Origin: Clostridia bacterium
GTDB taxonomy: Bacteria; Bacillota; Sulfobacillia; SLMV01
NCBI GenBank assembly: GCA_003563985.1
Contig: PWSR01000147.1
Coordinates: forward strand, 1-53,715
Reading direction: 5' to 3'
DNA length: 53,715 nucleotides
The notes below the pieces were generated by a model. The model had not been told where the DNA came from. It did no database searches and worked only from the letters and a program-made list of their open reading frames with translations. Both the position numbers and the translations under genes were made by a program. Below are positions 17,768 to 27,420 of this stretch, piece after piece. How positions within the stretch are numbered: position 1 is the first letter of the stretch; every line of letters begins with the position of its first letter.

Positions 17768-20344
17768 TTGCTAGGATTCCTCAAAAAGATGCTCGATTTC
17801 AATGAGCGAGAACTCCGTCGGCTTCGGCCTATAGTGGAGGCCGTCAACGATATGGAACCCGTGATGGAGGCCAAGGGCGACGAAGAATTGGCCGCCATGA
17901 CCGGCCAATTCAAGGAACGTTTGGATCGTGGTTCCAGCCTGGACGATTTACTCGTGGAAGCGTTTGCCACGGTCCGCGAGGCGTCAAAGCGAACCCTCGG
18001 GCAGCGGCACTTCGATGTGCAGGTCCTGGGCGCGGTTGGACTGCACCAGGGCACCGTGTGCGAGATGAAGACCGGCGAGGGCAAGACCTTGGTGGCGACG
18101 ATGCCGGCGTATCTGAATGCCTTGACCGGCAAAGGAGTACACGTCGTTACCGTCAACGAATATCTCGCCTCGCGGGATAGTGAATGGATGGGGGAAATCT
18201 ACCGTTTCCTCGGACTGGATGTGGGTTTGATCGTGTCCGGTTTGAAGTACGAGGAACGGCGCCAGGCGTATGCCGCGGATATCACCTACGGCACCAACAA
18301 CGAATTCGGTTTCGACTACCTTCGCGACAACATGTCTACCTCGGCGGACCAGTTGGTTCAGCGCTCGCTGCACTACACCATCGTGGACGAGGTCGACAGC
18401 GTCTTGATCGACGAGGCGAGGACGCCCCTGATCATCTCCGGTGCCCCGCGGAAGCAGGCGGAGAATTACCGGGTTTTCGCCCAGATCGCCCGCGGCTTGA
18501 AGCCCGAAGAGCACTACACCGTGGACGAGAAGGCCAGCAGCGTGGTCCCGACGGACGAGGGCCTGCGCGTGGTGGAGGAACGCCTCGGGATCGAGGACCT
18601 ATTTCACCCGTCGCACATCGAATTGAATCACTTCCTGACCCAGGCGTTGAAAGCCAAGGAATTGATGAAGCGGGATCGGGACTACGTCCTGACCGATGAT
18701 CGCGTCGTCATCGTGGATCAGTTCACCGGCCGGCTCATGCCGGGCCGGAGGTATAGCGACGGTCTGCACCAATCCCTGGAGGCGAAGGAGTCCCTGGAGA
18801 TCCGGGAAGAGACCCAGACCCTGGCCACCATCACCTTCCAGAACTTCTTCAGAATGTACGATAAACTGTCCGGCATGACCGGTACGGCGGCCACCGAGGC
18901 GGACGAATTCGAAGAGATTTATGATTTGAAGGTCATCGTCATTCCGACCAATCGCCCCATGATCCGGACCGATCAGCCCGACGCCGTTTACAGCTCCGAG
19001 GCCGGTAAGTTTGCGGCGGTGGTGGAGGATATCCAGGAACGCCACAGGTTGGGGCAACCCATCCTGGCGGGTACGGCGTCCATCGAAAAATCCGAGGAAT
19101 TGAGCGACATGCTGCGCGTCGTCGGTGTGGAACACGAAGTGCTCAACGCCAAGCATCACGAGCGCGAGGCAGAAATCGTAAAGGCGGCCGGCGAGGCGGG
19201 CCGGGTGACCATCGCCACGAACATGGCGGGACGGGGTACGGACATCGTTCTCGGGGAGGGCGTCGTGGATCTCGGGGGTCTGCACGTGCTTGGCACGGAG
19301 CGACACGAGAGCCGCCGCATCGATAACCAGCTTCGGGGACGTTCCGGCCGCCAGGGAGACCCCGGATCCTCGCAGTTCTACGTTTCCATGGAGGACGATC
19401 TCATGCGCCTCTTCGGCGGGGAGGCCCTGGAGGGAATGTTGGACCGAATCGGCCTGGAGGAGTCGGAGCGATTGGAACACTCCATGCTCTCCTCGGCCAT
19501 CGAGCGAGCCCAGCGCAGGGTCGAATCGCGGAACTTCGGGATCAGGAAACAACTGCTCGAGTACGACGATGTGTTGAACGAACAACGCAAGGTCATCTAC
19601 GCCGAACGGCGTCGCGTCCTGGAGGGCGCGGCCATGCGGGATACCCTCCTGGACATGGCCGAGGACCTGATCCGCGGCAAGGTGGAATCGTATTGCGCCG
19701 ACGGACGGTACCCGGAGAACTGGAATCTTGATGGGTTGATCAACGACCTCGAGATGCAGTTGCTGCCCCCCGGTCGCCTCAAGCAGGCCACCCTGGTGGA
19801 AAAGGGGGACGAGGCCGGACGGGACGGCATCACCGAGCACCTGGTAAGCGTCGCCCGGGCGGCGTATCGGGCGAAGGAGGATCGAATCGGCAAGGATCGC
19901 TTCGATCACCTGGCGCGCGTGTTTCTCCTGCGCGTAGTGGACTCCAAGTGGATGGATTATCTCGCCGCCGTGGACGAGCTCCGCCAGGGGATCGGGCTCC
20001 GTGCCTACGGGCAACAGAGCCCCCTGATGGCCTATCAGCGGGAAACCCACGCCATGTTTACCAGCATGATCGAATCCATTCGCGAGGACGTCGTGAAGTA
20101 CGTTTTCAAAATCGAACTGTCCCCGGACGAGAGGGGAGCCGTACCCGTGGGCCAGTCCCCCGTGGTTACCAAGGCCGGACGACAGACCCTGGGCACCTTC
20201 GATGCACACCGGAGGTCGACGCCACCGGGCGGGGAGACGGAAGATGGAACGCCGAAACCCTACGAACGACGGGGACCGAAGATCGGAAGAAATGACCCGT
20301 GCCCGTGCGGTAGCGGGAAGAAATATAAGCACTGTTGCGGTTGA
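17768..20344 (+). CDS. secA: Preprotein translocase ATPase SecA
   Basis: MKTGEGKT Walker A, DEVDS box, full motor and translocation domains, C-terminal zinc finger [17 protein letters not shown] start after GGGGAGG. Confidence 0.98.
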   Translation: MLGFLKKMLDFNERELRRLRPIVEAVNDMEPVMEAKGDEELAAMTGQFKERLDRGSSLDDLLVEAFATVREASKRTLGQRHFDVQVLGAVGLHQGTVCEMKTGEGKTLVATMPAYLNALTGKGVHVVTVNEYLASRDSEWMGEIYRFLGLDVGLIVSGLKYEERRQAYAADITYGTNNEFGFDYLRDNMSTSADQLVQRSLHYTIVDEVDSVLIDEARTPLIISGAPRKQAENYRVFAQIARGLKPEEHYTVDEKASSVVPTDEGLRVVEERLGIEDLFHPSHIELNHFLTQALKAKELMKRDRDYVLTDDRVVIVDQFTGRLMPGRRYSDGLHQSLEAKESLEIREETQTLATITFQNFFRMYDKLSGMTGTAATEADEFEEIYDLKVIVIPTNRPMIRTDQPDAVYSSEAGKFAAVVEDIQERHRLGQPILAGTASIEKSEELSDMLRVVGVEHEVLNAKHHEREAEIVKAAGEAGRVTIATNMAGRGTDIVLGEGVVDLGGLHVLGTERHESRRIDNQLRGRSGRQGDPGSSQFYVSMEDDLMRLFGGEALEGMLDRIGLEESERLEHSMLSSAIERAQRRVESRNFGIRKQLLEYDDVLNEQRKVIYAERRRVLEGAAMRDTLLDMAEDLIRGKVESYCADGRYPENWNLDGLINDLEMQLLPPGRLKQATLVEKGDEAGRDGITEHLVSVARAAYRAKEDRIGKDRFDHLARVFLLRVVDSKWMDYLAAVDELRQGIGLRAYGQQSPLMAYQRETHAMFTSMIESIREDVVKYVFKIELSPDERGAVPVGQSPVVTKAGRQTLGTFDAHRRSTPPGGETEDGTPKPYERRGPKIGRNDPCPCGSGKKYKHCCG

Positions 20345-20363
20345 TCCGAGGGAGGAAGATCCA

Positions 20364-21498
20364 TTGTTCGACGAGATGAAGGAGACATTGAATAACCTCC
20401 GCGAGGAACTGGATATGCTAAGGGGGTCCCTTTGACCCCGAAAGCCGGAGGGAAGAAATAGAGGCACTGGAACAGCAGATGGCGGACCCCGCGTTCTGGA
20501 ATGACCAGAACCGGGCGCAGCGCATCATCCGGCGCCGCAATATTCTCGAAGGGCCACTCCAGCACTACGATGAATACATGGAGCGCATCGAGGAGGCGAC
20601 GTTGTTGCTGGAAATGGCCGAAGAGGAAGGCGATGAATCCGAGGCGCGGGCGCTCGAGACGGAGATCGCGGACCTGCGCTCGGCCGTGTCGGAGTTTCGC
20701 CTGAAGTTGATGCTTTCCGGCGAGTACGATTCCGAGGATGCCATCGTCACCGTGCATCCCGGTGCCGGGGGGCTGGACGCCCAGGACTGGGCCGAGATGC
20801 TCCTCAAGATGTACATGAAGTGGGCGGAGACCCGGGGACACCCCCAGGAGATTCTCGACCTGATGCCCGCGGAGGAGGGCGGGATCAAAGGTGCTTCCCT
20901 CCTCGTAAGAGGGGAGAACGTGTACGGCTTCTTGAAGGCGGAACGGGGCATCCACCGATTGGTCCGAATGTCCCCCTACGACAGTTCCGGGCGCCGGCAT
21001 ACCTCCTTTGCGTCCGTGGACGTTATGCCCGACCTCGAGGAAGATGACGGCGACATCGAGATCGCCGATGACGAATTGCGGGTGGATACGTACCGGGCCA
21101 GCGGGGCAGGCGGGCAACACGTGAACAAGACCGATTCGGCGGTCCGGATTACGCACCTGCCCACGGGCATCGTCGTAACCTGTCAGAACGAACGCTCCCA
21201 GCATAAGAACCGTGCTTCGGCCATGAAGATGCTGCGCGGGCGTTTGCGCCAGTTGCGCGAGGAGGAGAAGGAAAAGGAATTGGCGGGCATCCGGGGCGAG
21301 AGGGCCGACATCACCTGGGGCAACCAGATCCGCAGTTACGTGTTCCAACCATACACCATGGTAAAGGATCATAGGACCGGGGTCGAAAAGGGCAATATCG
21401 AAGCCGTGATGGGCGGAGAGATCGACGAGTTCATCCGGGGGTACCTCGAAATGCAAATCGGAGAGGGCCTGAAGGCTTCCGGGAGCGATGGCGGATGA
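20364..21498 (+). CDS. prfB: Peptide chain release factor 2, two frames joined by a programmed +1 frameshift (20364-20432 joined to 20434-21498)
   Basis: The short frame-0 ORF ends ...DMLRGSL then TGA at 20433-20435. The downstream frame continues DPESRREEIEALEQQMADPAFWND... and contains GGQ (SGAGGQHVN). TTG start at 20364 after GGAGG. Confidence 0.93.
20421..20436 (+). promoter_or_regulatory. prfB +1 frameshift site
   Basis: Internal Shine-Dalgarno-like AGGGGG (20421-20426), a 3-nt spacer, then CTT TGA C (20430-20436). This is the same architecture as the E. coli prfB recoding site. Confidence 0.9.
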
Positions 21499-22244
21499 CG
21501 GTTTTGGAGGTGGAGGTGCTGGGATTCCCCCTGGCCAATGCGACCCTGGACGAGGCCGCGCAGCACCTCTTCTCCATCATGCCCACGCCCCAACCCTATA
21601 TTGTGTGCACTCCCAATCCGGAAATGATCGAACGCGCCCTGGCGGAGGAAGATCTGCGGCGATCCCTCCTCGCCGCCGACCTGTTGCTGGCAGACGGTGT
21701 CGGCGTACTCTGGGCATCTCGCGTCCTGGGCGAGGGGTTGCCCGGTACCGTCCCGGGTGTCGACTTGATGGACGCATTGCTCCGGGCGGGTGCTTCGGGG
21801 GGAATCCGCGTATTCCTTTTGGGAACGACCCGGACCAATGTGGAGGCAGCGGGTCGGCGAGCGCAGCGGGAATATCCCGGCCTGGGAGCGGTCGAAACGC
21901 ACCACGGTTATTTCTCGGAGGATGATGCGGCGGGGGTCTTGGCAGCCATGACGCGGTTTTGCCCGGATCTCGTATTGGTCGGCATGGGCGTTCCCAGGGA
22001 CCAGGTGTTCCTATCCCGTTTCCGGAACCAGCTGCCCCCGGCCCTTTATCTCGCGGTCGGGGGCGGGTTGGATGTCTTGTCGGGCGCTGTGCGGCGAGCC
22101 CCCGCCTGGATGAGGCGCCTTCGCCTGGAGTGGCTGTATCGCCTCGCCACCTCCCCTTCGAGGTGGAGGAGGCAGCTGGCGCTGCCCCGGTTCGTGTTTC
22201 GCGTGCTGTGGACTCGACTGGCGGGGCGTGAGACTTTACGCTAA
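21495..22244 (+). CDS. tagA: WecB/TagA/CpsF-family (GT26) glycosyltransferase
   Basis: Family pattern TPNPE, LLLADGVGV, FLLG, VGMGVPRDQ, EWLYRL. The ATG overlaps the prfB stop (ATGA). Confidence 0.88.
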   Translation: MTVLEVEVLGFPLANATLDEAAQHLFSIMPTPQPYIVCTPNPEMIERALAEEDLRRSLLAADLLLADGVGVLWASRVLGEGLPGTVPGVDLMDALLRAGASGGIRVFLLGTTRTNVEAAGRRAQREYPGLGAVETHHGYFSEDDAAGVLAAMTRFCPDLVLVGMGVPRDQVFLSRFRNQLPPALYLAVGGGLDVLSGAVRRAPAWMRRLRLEWLYRLATSPSRWRRQLALPRFVFRVLWTRLAGRETLR

Positions 22245-22336
22245 AGTAGTGTCGGACCCGGTGATACGTTGAACCGGGATACTTGGATTTCCGGGAGGTG
22301 AAGGGCTCGGCTGGAGGAACACCGCCGGGCTTTCGC

Positions 22337-23182
22337 ATGCGCATTTCCCCATCACTGACATCGGACAAAACTCGAGAGATTCGCGAGAGAGCTGTCGAAC
22401 TTCGTTGTGACGTATTGGAGGCCCTGGCCCAAGCGGGTTCGGGCCACCCCGGGGGCAGCCTTTCCAGTGCAGACATCGTGGCAACCCTCTTTTTCGACGT
22501 CCTGGAACTGGATGCCAATGATCCGCAATGGAAGGATCGAGACCGTTTCGTCCTCGCCAAGGGCCACGCGGCACCGATACTGTACGCTGCCCTGGCGAGC
22601 AGAGGATTCTTCCCCCGCGAAGAGTTGTCCACCCTGCGCAAGTTGGGTAGTCGCCTCCAGGGACACCCCGACATGCTGAAGACGCCGGGCGTTGAAGCCA
22701 GCACCGGATCCCTCGGACAGGGATTGTCCATCGCCGTGGGTTTGGCCCTGGGCGCTCGCATGGACGACGCCGAATGGGGCGTGTACGCCCTCCTGGGGGA
22801 CGGCGAGCTGCAGGAGGGACAGGTTTGGGAGGCTGCCATGGCGGCGGCCCATTATCGCTTGTCCAACCTGGTCGCCATCGTCGATAACAATGGATTGCAG
22901 ATCGACGGGCCCATCGTCGAGGTCATGTCTCCCGAACCGCTGGCCGACAAGTGGCGGGCATTCGGATGGAGCGTATTCGAGGTGGACGGGCACGACATCG
23001 AGCAGCTGCACGCGACTCTCGTCGAGGCCCAGAAGGCCGAGGGTCCCGCAGTCATCATCGCCCGGACCGTCAAGGGCCGGGGCGTGGGCTTCATGGAGGG
23101 CGAGTGCTCCTGGCACGGTACGGCGCCCTCGGAGGATCAATGTCGCCTTGCCGTCGAAGAACTGAGAGGAGGGCTCCTGTGA
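22337..23182 (+). CDS. Transketolase, N-terminal (TPP-binding) subunit
   Basis: SGHPGGSLS, GHAAP, GSLGQGLS, GDGELQEGQVWEA motifs. The start is uncertain (track TTG 22283 versus ATG 22337). Confidence 0.9.
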   Translation: MRISPSLTSDKTREIRERAVELRCDVLEALAQAGSGHPGGSLSSADIVATLFFDVLELDANDPQWKDRDRFVLAKGHAAPILYAALASRGFFPREELSTLRKLGSRLQGHPDMLKTPGVEASTGSLGQGLSIAVGLALGARMDDAEWGVYALLGDGELQEGQVWEAAMAAAHYRLSNLVAIVDNNGLQIDGPIVEVMSPEPLADKWRAFGWSVFEVDGHDIEQLHATLVEAQKAEGPAVIIARTVKGRGVGFMEGECSWHGTAPSEDQCRLAVEELRGGLL

Positions 23183-24117
23183 GCGGTCTCGTGGAAGCCA
23201 CCCGGGATGCCTATGGCCGCGCGCTGGTACAGCTGGGCGCGGAGAGAGAAGATGTCGTCGTCCTCGATGCGGATCTTTCGGGATCGACGCGCACGGCCAA
23301 GTTTGCCGAAAAGTACCCCGATCGATTCTTCAACGCCGGCGTGGCCGAGCAGAACCTGATGAACATGGCCGCTGGATTGGCGCTGGCGGGCAAGATACCC
23401 TTTGCCAGCACCTTCGCGGTCTTCGCCACCGGTAGGGCATGGGAGCAAATTCGTAATACCATCGCCTACCCCCGGCTTCCGGTCAAGATCGTCGCTACCC
23501 ACGCCGGGTTGACCGTGGGCGAGGATGGTGCTTCCCATCAGGCCCTGGAGGATATCGCATTGATGCGCGCCATACCCGGTATGACGGTTATCGTTCCGGC
23601 CGATGGCGACGAGGCCGAAGCGGCCATCCGATCGGCGGTCGAAATCGACGGCCCGGTTTACGTTAGGTTGGGGCGATCCAAGACCCAACCCATCACCGGT
23701 GGCGGGTTCCAAAGGGGCCGGGGCACGACGCTTTCCAACGGCGAGGATGTGGCCATCGTCGCCTGTGGCATCATGGTCTCCGCCGCCCTGGAGGCGGCCG
23801 ACTATCTGCGCGAGCGCGGGGCGTCTTGTAGGGTGATCAACATGTCCACCATCAAGCCCCTGGACGAGGATCTCCTGGTGCGGGCAGCCCGGGGCTGCGG
23901 GGCCGTGGTCACCGCAGAGGAACACAATGTGATCGGGGGTCTCGGGGGAGCCGTCGCCGAGCTCTTGTCCGCGGTGCATCCCGTTCCGGTAGTCCGGGTC
24001 GGCGTCGATGACGTGTTCGGCCAGTCGGGGGATCCCGAGGGTTTGCTCCAGTATTATGGTCTCAAGTATACGGACTTGGCCTCCGCCTGCTGGCGTGCCA
24101 TGGAGATGAAGGGATAA
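23179..24117 (+). CDS. Transketolase, C-terminal (pyrimidine-binding) subunit
   Basis: FFNAGVAEQNLMNMAAGLA and GEDGASHQALEDIALMRAIPGM. GTG at 23179 overlaps the upstream stop (GTGA), after GAGAGGAGGG. The track ORF start at 22951 is an off-target extension. Confidence 0.9.
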   Translation: MSGLVEATRDAYGRALVQLGAEREDVVVLDADLSGSTRTAKFAEKYPDRFFNAGVAEQNLMNMAAGLALAGKIPFASTFAVFATGRAWEQIRNTIAYPRLPVKIVATHAGLTVGEDGASHQALEDIALMRAIPGMTVIVPADGDEAEAAIRSAVEIDGPVYVRLGRSKTQPITGGGFQRGRGTTLSNGEDVAIVACGIMVSAALEAADYLRERGASCRVINMSTIKPLDEDLLVRAARGCGAVVTAEEHNVIGGLGGAVAELLSAVHPVPVVRVGVDDVFGQSGDPEGLLQYYGLKYTDLASACWRAMEMKG

Positions 24118-24127
24118 ACCAGTACGG

Positions 24128-26368
24128 TCACCGCATGCGCGATAATCTCTCCAGGAGGGTTGCCGCCCGACGGGCGTTGCCCTCCTCTTCTCGTTTCATC
24201 CGCCGGGCACCATCCCCGACCCTTTCGGTTAGATCGGCCAGGTTGGGTAGGATCGAGGTGCGCAGGGCGGACTCGAGATCGTGGGGCGTCAGTCTTTCTA
24301 TGCGACCGAGGCAGGGCGCTCCCAGGTCCGAGAGAAATCCGTCGATCTTGGGATCGTAACTGAGACCCACGGGGACGGTGCCCGCCGCCGCGGCCAACAC
24401 CAGTGCGTGAAGCCGCATTCCCAGTACCAACCGAGATCGGCCCATGATACCCAAGACCAGCTCCGGCTGCAGTCCCTTCGTGCTCAGAACCGGAGGGTGC
24501 GATTCGCTCATTCTTGAAGCCATCTCGGCCAGGGGTAAGTCCTTCGATTCCTGCATCGCCAATAGTAGGGGCGAATAGCCCGCATCGCTCAGGGTATCTG
24601 CCGCGCGGGCGGCCAGGGCCGCCGGTCCGTGGGTGTCTTCACCCCAGGGTCGCATGGAGAGCACGACCAGGGAGTGCTCCCCGGCGCCCCCGGGCATGAC
24701 TCCATCGAGCACCGCGTCCACCTCTTCGGCCGGGGGATAGTCCAGGGCAAAGGCGGGATCCGCCGTGACGACCCAGTCGCCTTCTTCTCCCATGATCGCT
24801 CGAACCGTGCCCGCGGACGCTCGATCTCGCAGGGTGACGGCGGCGGCCGTTCGGATGGCCGATCGCGCCAGGCGTCGCCCCAGGCCGGTGCGCAAGGGAC
24901 CGATCCCGTTGGCGTAGATCATCACCGGCACACCCAGTAGGCGGGCCAGGTATATGAGGGATGTATAGTAGACGAGGGAGCGCAAACTGGTTTCATCTTG
25001 GAGCAACGTTCCTCCCCCGCTGATGAAAAGGTCTGAACGGCGAAGACAGGAGAGTACTTTCGACGGGGAGAATCGGGGCGCTGAACTGATTCGATGCGCC
25101 CGGGCCGTGGCCTTGGGATCCGCGGATAGCACCCATGTATCCACCCCGGGTCGCTCCCGTTCCAGTCCTTTGATGAGCCCGCGCAGCAGCGCTTCGTCGC
25201 CGAGATTCCCGAATCCGAAATACCCGGAAACGGTCACCCGCGGAGGGTGCATGCCGGCAGCGATGACCCGCGAATAGATTTGCATATGCGTTTCCCGCAT
25301 GGCTTCGAGGGAAAACCGCTCGCTGGCGTGCGAGCGGAGGGCGTTACCCAGCTCCATGCGCGCCCCCCGGGAGGAGATGAGGGGATCCAACTTCTCTGCC
25401 AGGTCCGCGGCATCTCCCACCCGGACGAGTCGGCCCGTGCGGCCGTCCTTTATCAATTCGGGAATGCCGCCGACGGGTGTTGCCACCGTGGCCTTGCCGT
25501 GCAGGGCTCCCTCCAGGAGAGCATATGGGAAACTTTCACTCTCCGAGGGAAGAACGTTAATGTCGATGGCCGCCATGGCATCCCCCGTCGAAGGGAGATG
25601 GCCGAGGAAGTGGACGCGATCATCCAGGGCGAGCTCGGTGGTCAGGCGCTGCAATCTCTCGCGCTCTTCTCCCTCGCCGACCAGGACGAAGTGCGCATTG
25701 TGGCCGTCCCGGAGCAGGATCGATGCCGCTCGGAGAAATATATCGTGTCGTTTGACCGGCGCCAGTCGGCTCACCATCCCGATCAACAGCGCGCCGGGGG
25801 GTATTCCCAGTCGGGAGCGGAAGGCCATGGCGGATTCTTCCGACGGCAGATCGGCATCGAAGTCGAGTCCGTTGTAGACGGTATGAATTTTCCCCCCGGG
25901 AAATCCGCGGCCGATGAGCATACACCGGAAGTCGTCGGTCACCGCGAGATAATGATCGAAGTAACGCAGGCTCAGGGAATTCAGGGTGGAGTAGACCAGG
26001 TGCTTGTAGAGATTGCCCTCGAAGTCCCGCCTGTAGTCACTGTGGATTGTCGTCGCGATGGGCACGCCGATCCGGCGCTTGGCCAGTGCGGCGAGGAAGT
26101 TGGCCCGGGCGCCGTGGCAATGAACCAGGTCGGGGGATGTCTCCTTCACGAGGTCCGTCAGGCCTCGCACAGAGGAGAGGTCGGCGCGGGAACGCTGTTC
26201 CAAGAGCACGACGGGAAGTCCCCGGTCGACGGCTTCATTGTAGAATGCTCCCGGCGTCAGGCATACCAGCTGGACATCTGCCCCCCGGAGGAGGGCCTCG
26301 ACGAGGGATAGGACGTGGGTCTTGGCCCCGCCGGTGTCGCCTCCACTTATCAGGTGCATTACCTTCAA
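24128..26368 (-). CDS. Fusion protein: N-terminal GT4 glycosyltransferase and C-terminal CsaB-type polysaccharide pyruvyl transferase
   Basis: About aa 1-375 has the GT4 fold with ESESFPYALLEG (EX7E). About aa 385-746 resembles CsaB (SGYFGFGNLGDEALL, FISGGGTLLQDETS, YANGIGPL). Confidence 0.85.
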   Translation of the reverse strand: MKVMHLISGGDTGGAKTHVLSLVEALLRGADVQLVCLTPGAFYNEAVDRGLPVVLLEQRSRADLSSVRGLTDLVKETSPDLVHCHGARANFLAALAKRRIGVPIATTIHSDYRRDFEGNLYKHLVYSTLNSLSLRYFDHYLAVTDDFRCMLIGRGFPGGKIHTVYNGLDFDADLPSEESAMAFRSRLGIPPGALLIGMVSRLAPVKRHDIFLRAASILLRDGHNAHFVLVGEGEERERLQRLTTELALDDRVHFLGHLPSTGDAMAAIDINVLPSESESFPYALLEGALHGKATVATPVGGIPELIKDGRTGRLVRVGDAADLAEKLDPLISSRGARMELGNALRSHASERFSLEAMRETHMQIYSRVIAAGMHPPRVTVSGYFGFGNLGDEALLRGLIKGLERERPGVDTWVLSADPKATARAHRISSAPRFSPSKVLSCLRRSDLFISGGGTLLQDETSLRSLVYYTSLIYLARLLGVPVMIYANGIGPLRTGLGRRLARSAIRTAAAVTLRDRASAGTVRAIMGEEGDWVVTADPAFALDYPPAEEVDAVLDGVMPGGAGEHSLVVLSMRPWGEDTHGPAALAARAADTLSDAGYSPLLLAMQESKDLPLAEMASRMSESHPPVLSTKGLQPELVLGIMGRSRLVLGMRLHALVLAAAAGTVPVGLSYDPKIDGFLSDLGAPCLGRIERLTPHDLESALRTSILPNLADLTERVGDGARRMKREEEGNARRAATLLERLSRMR

Positions 26369-26602
26369 CGGTGAACTCCCCCCGGGACTTCGTACGATTG
26401 GGATTCATTATACAGGGAAGGGCGCGAACTTGCCCCCCGGTAACGAATCGGTGTTACCCCCGGGGGAATCGATTTCACCCGTTCGATTAACACTTGCGTA
26501 ACATCGGCAAGGATTTACTTCCTCGGAGTCGAATAGGCGGTACTAGTGGGCTGGTTTGCGCTCCCGAAGTTGTCCGGCACGTTGCGGCCCTGGGAAACGG
26601 CG

Positions 26603-26632
26603 TTACGGGTTTGTTTCCCTACGTGCTATAAT
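26603..26632 (+). promoter_or_regulatory. Candidate promoter for ftsEX
   Basis: -35-like TTACGG (26603-26608), an 18-nt spacer, and extended -10 TGcTATAAT (26624-26632). Confidence 0.5.
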
Positions 26633-26712
26633 TGAAAAACTGGTTTCGGAGGATGCTCCCCGGGCTGGCCTGTGCCCAAACGCAGATGACCCGCCGGATG
26701 GAGGAATACGGG

Positions 26713-27420
26713 TTGATCGTACTGAGCCACGTCAGCAAGAGCTACGGAGATATCAATGCGCTCGATGACGTGACCGTGAACATAACGAAGGGGGAATTCG
26801 TCTTCCTGGTTGGCCCCAGCGGGGCCGGGAAATCGACTTTCCTCCAATTGCTATACCGCGAGGAGGTTCCCACCAAGGGGAGTGTCGTGGTGGATAACCT
26901 CAACGTGACCCGGTTGCCGCGTCGCCACATCCCGCTTTTGCGGAGGAAGGTGGGCGTGGTATTCCAGGATTTCAAATTGTTGGAATCGAAAAACATATAT
27001 GAGAATGTGGCCTTCGTATTGAATGTAACGGGAGCACCCACGAAATTCATCAAGCGCCGGGTGCCGCAGGTGTTGGGGCTGGTCGGATTATCGGGAAAGG
27101 AAAAATCCTACCCCGAACAGCTTTCCGGTGGCGAACAGCAACGGGTTTCGCTCGCCCGGGCCATTGCAAACTCGCCCCGCATCATCTTGGCCGACGAGCC
27201 GACGGGGAACCTTGACCGGGATTCGTCTTGGCAGATCATGCGCCTCCTGGCGGAGTTCAACAAGCGGGGGGCGACGGTGCTGGTGGCCACCCACGATTGG
27301 CCCATCGTCGATGCCATGCAGAGGCGAGTCGTAGAAATCCAGGACGGTAAAGTCGTTCGCGACGACGCGCAAGGGGGATACAGCAGTAGTGTTTCGTCTA
27401 ATCGGGCGCTCGGCCGTTGA
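26713..27420 (+). CDS. ftsE: Cell division ABC ATPase FtsE
   Basis: GPSGAGKST, LSGGEQQR, ILADEPTGNLD. I prefer TTG 26713 (GGAGG 7-8 nt upstream) or ATG 26698. The track start at 26632 sits on the -10 element. Confidence 0.92.
   Translation: MIVLSHVSKSYGDINALDDVTVNITKGEFVFLVGPSGAGKSTFLQLLYREEVPTKGSVVVDNLNVTRLPRRHIPLLRRKVGVVFQDFKLLESKNIYENVAFVLNVTGAPTKFIKRRVPQVLGLVGLSGKEKSYPEQLSGGEQQRVSLARAIANSPRIILADEPTGNLDRDSSWQIMRLLAEFNKRGATVLVATHDWPIVDAMQRRVVEIQDGKVVRDDAQGGYSSSVSSNRALGR

Noticed and set aside
18599-20467. 622-aa ORF antisense to secA. Similar long antisense or off-frame ORFs occur at 16828-18156, 21577-22839, 20260-21456, 10328-11458, 5099-6016, 33706-34836, 37134-38474, 29705-31018, 49823-50935 and elsewhere.
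   Set aside because: They lie opposite or out of frame with genes that have unmistakable conserved motifs. Their translations are rich in R, P, G and H with no recognisable motifs. Stop-poor alternative frames are expected in high-GC DNA.
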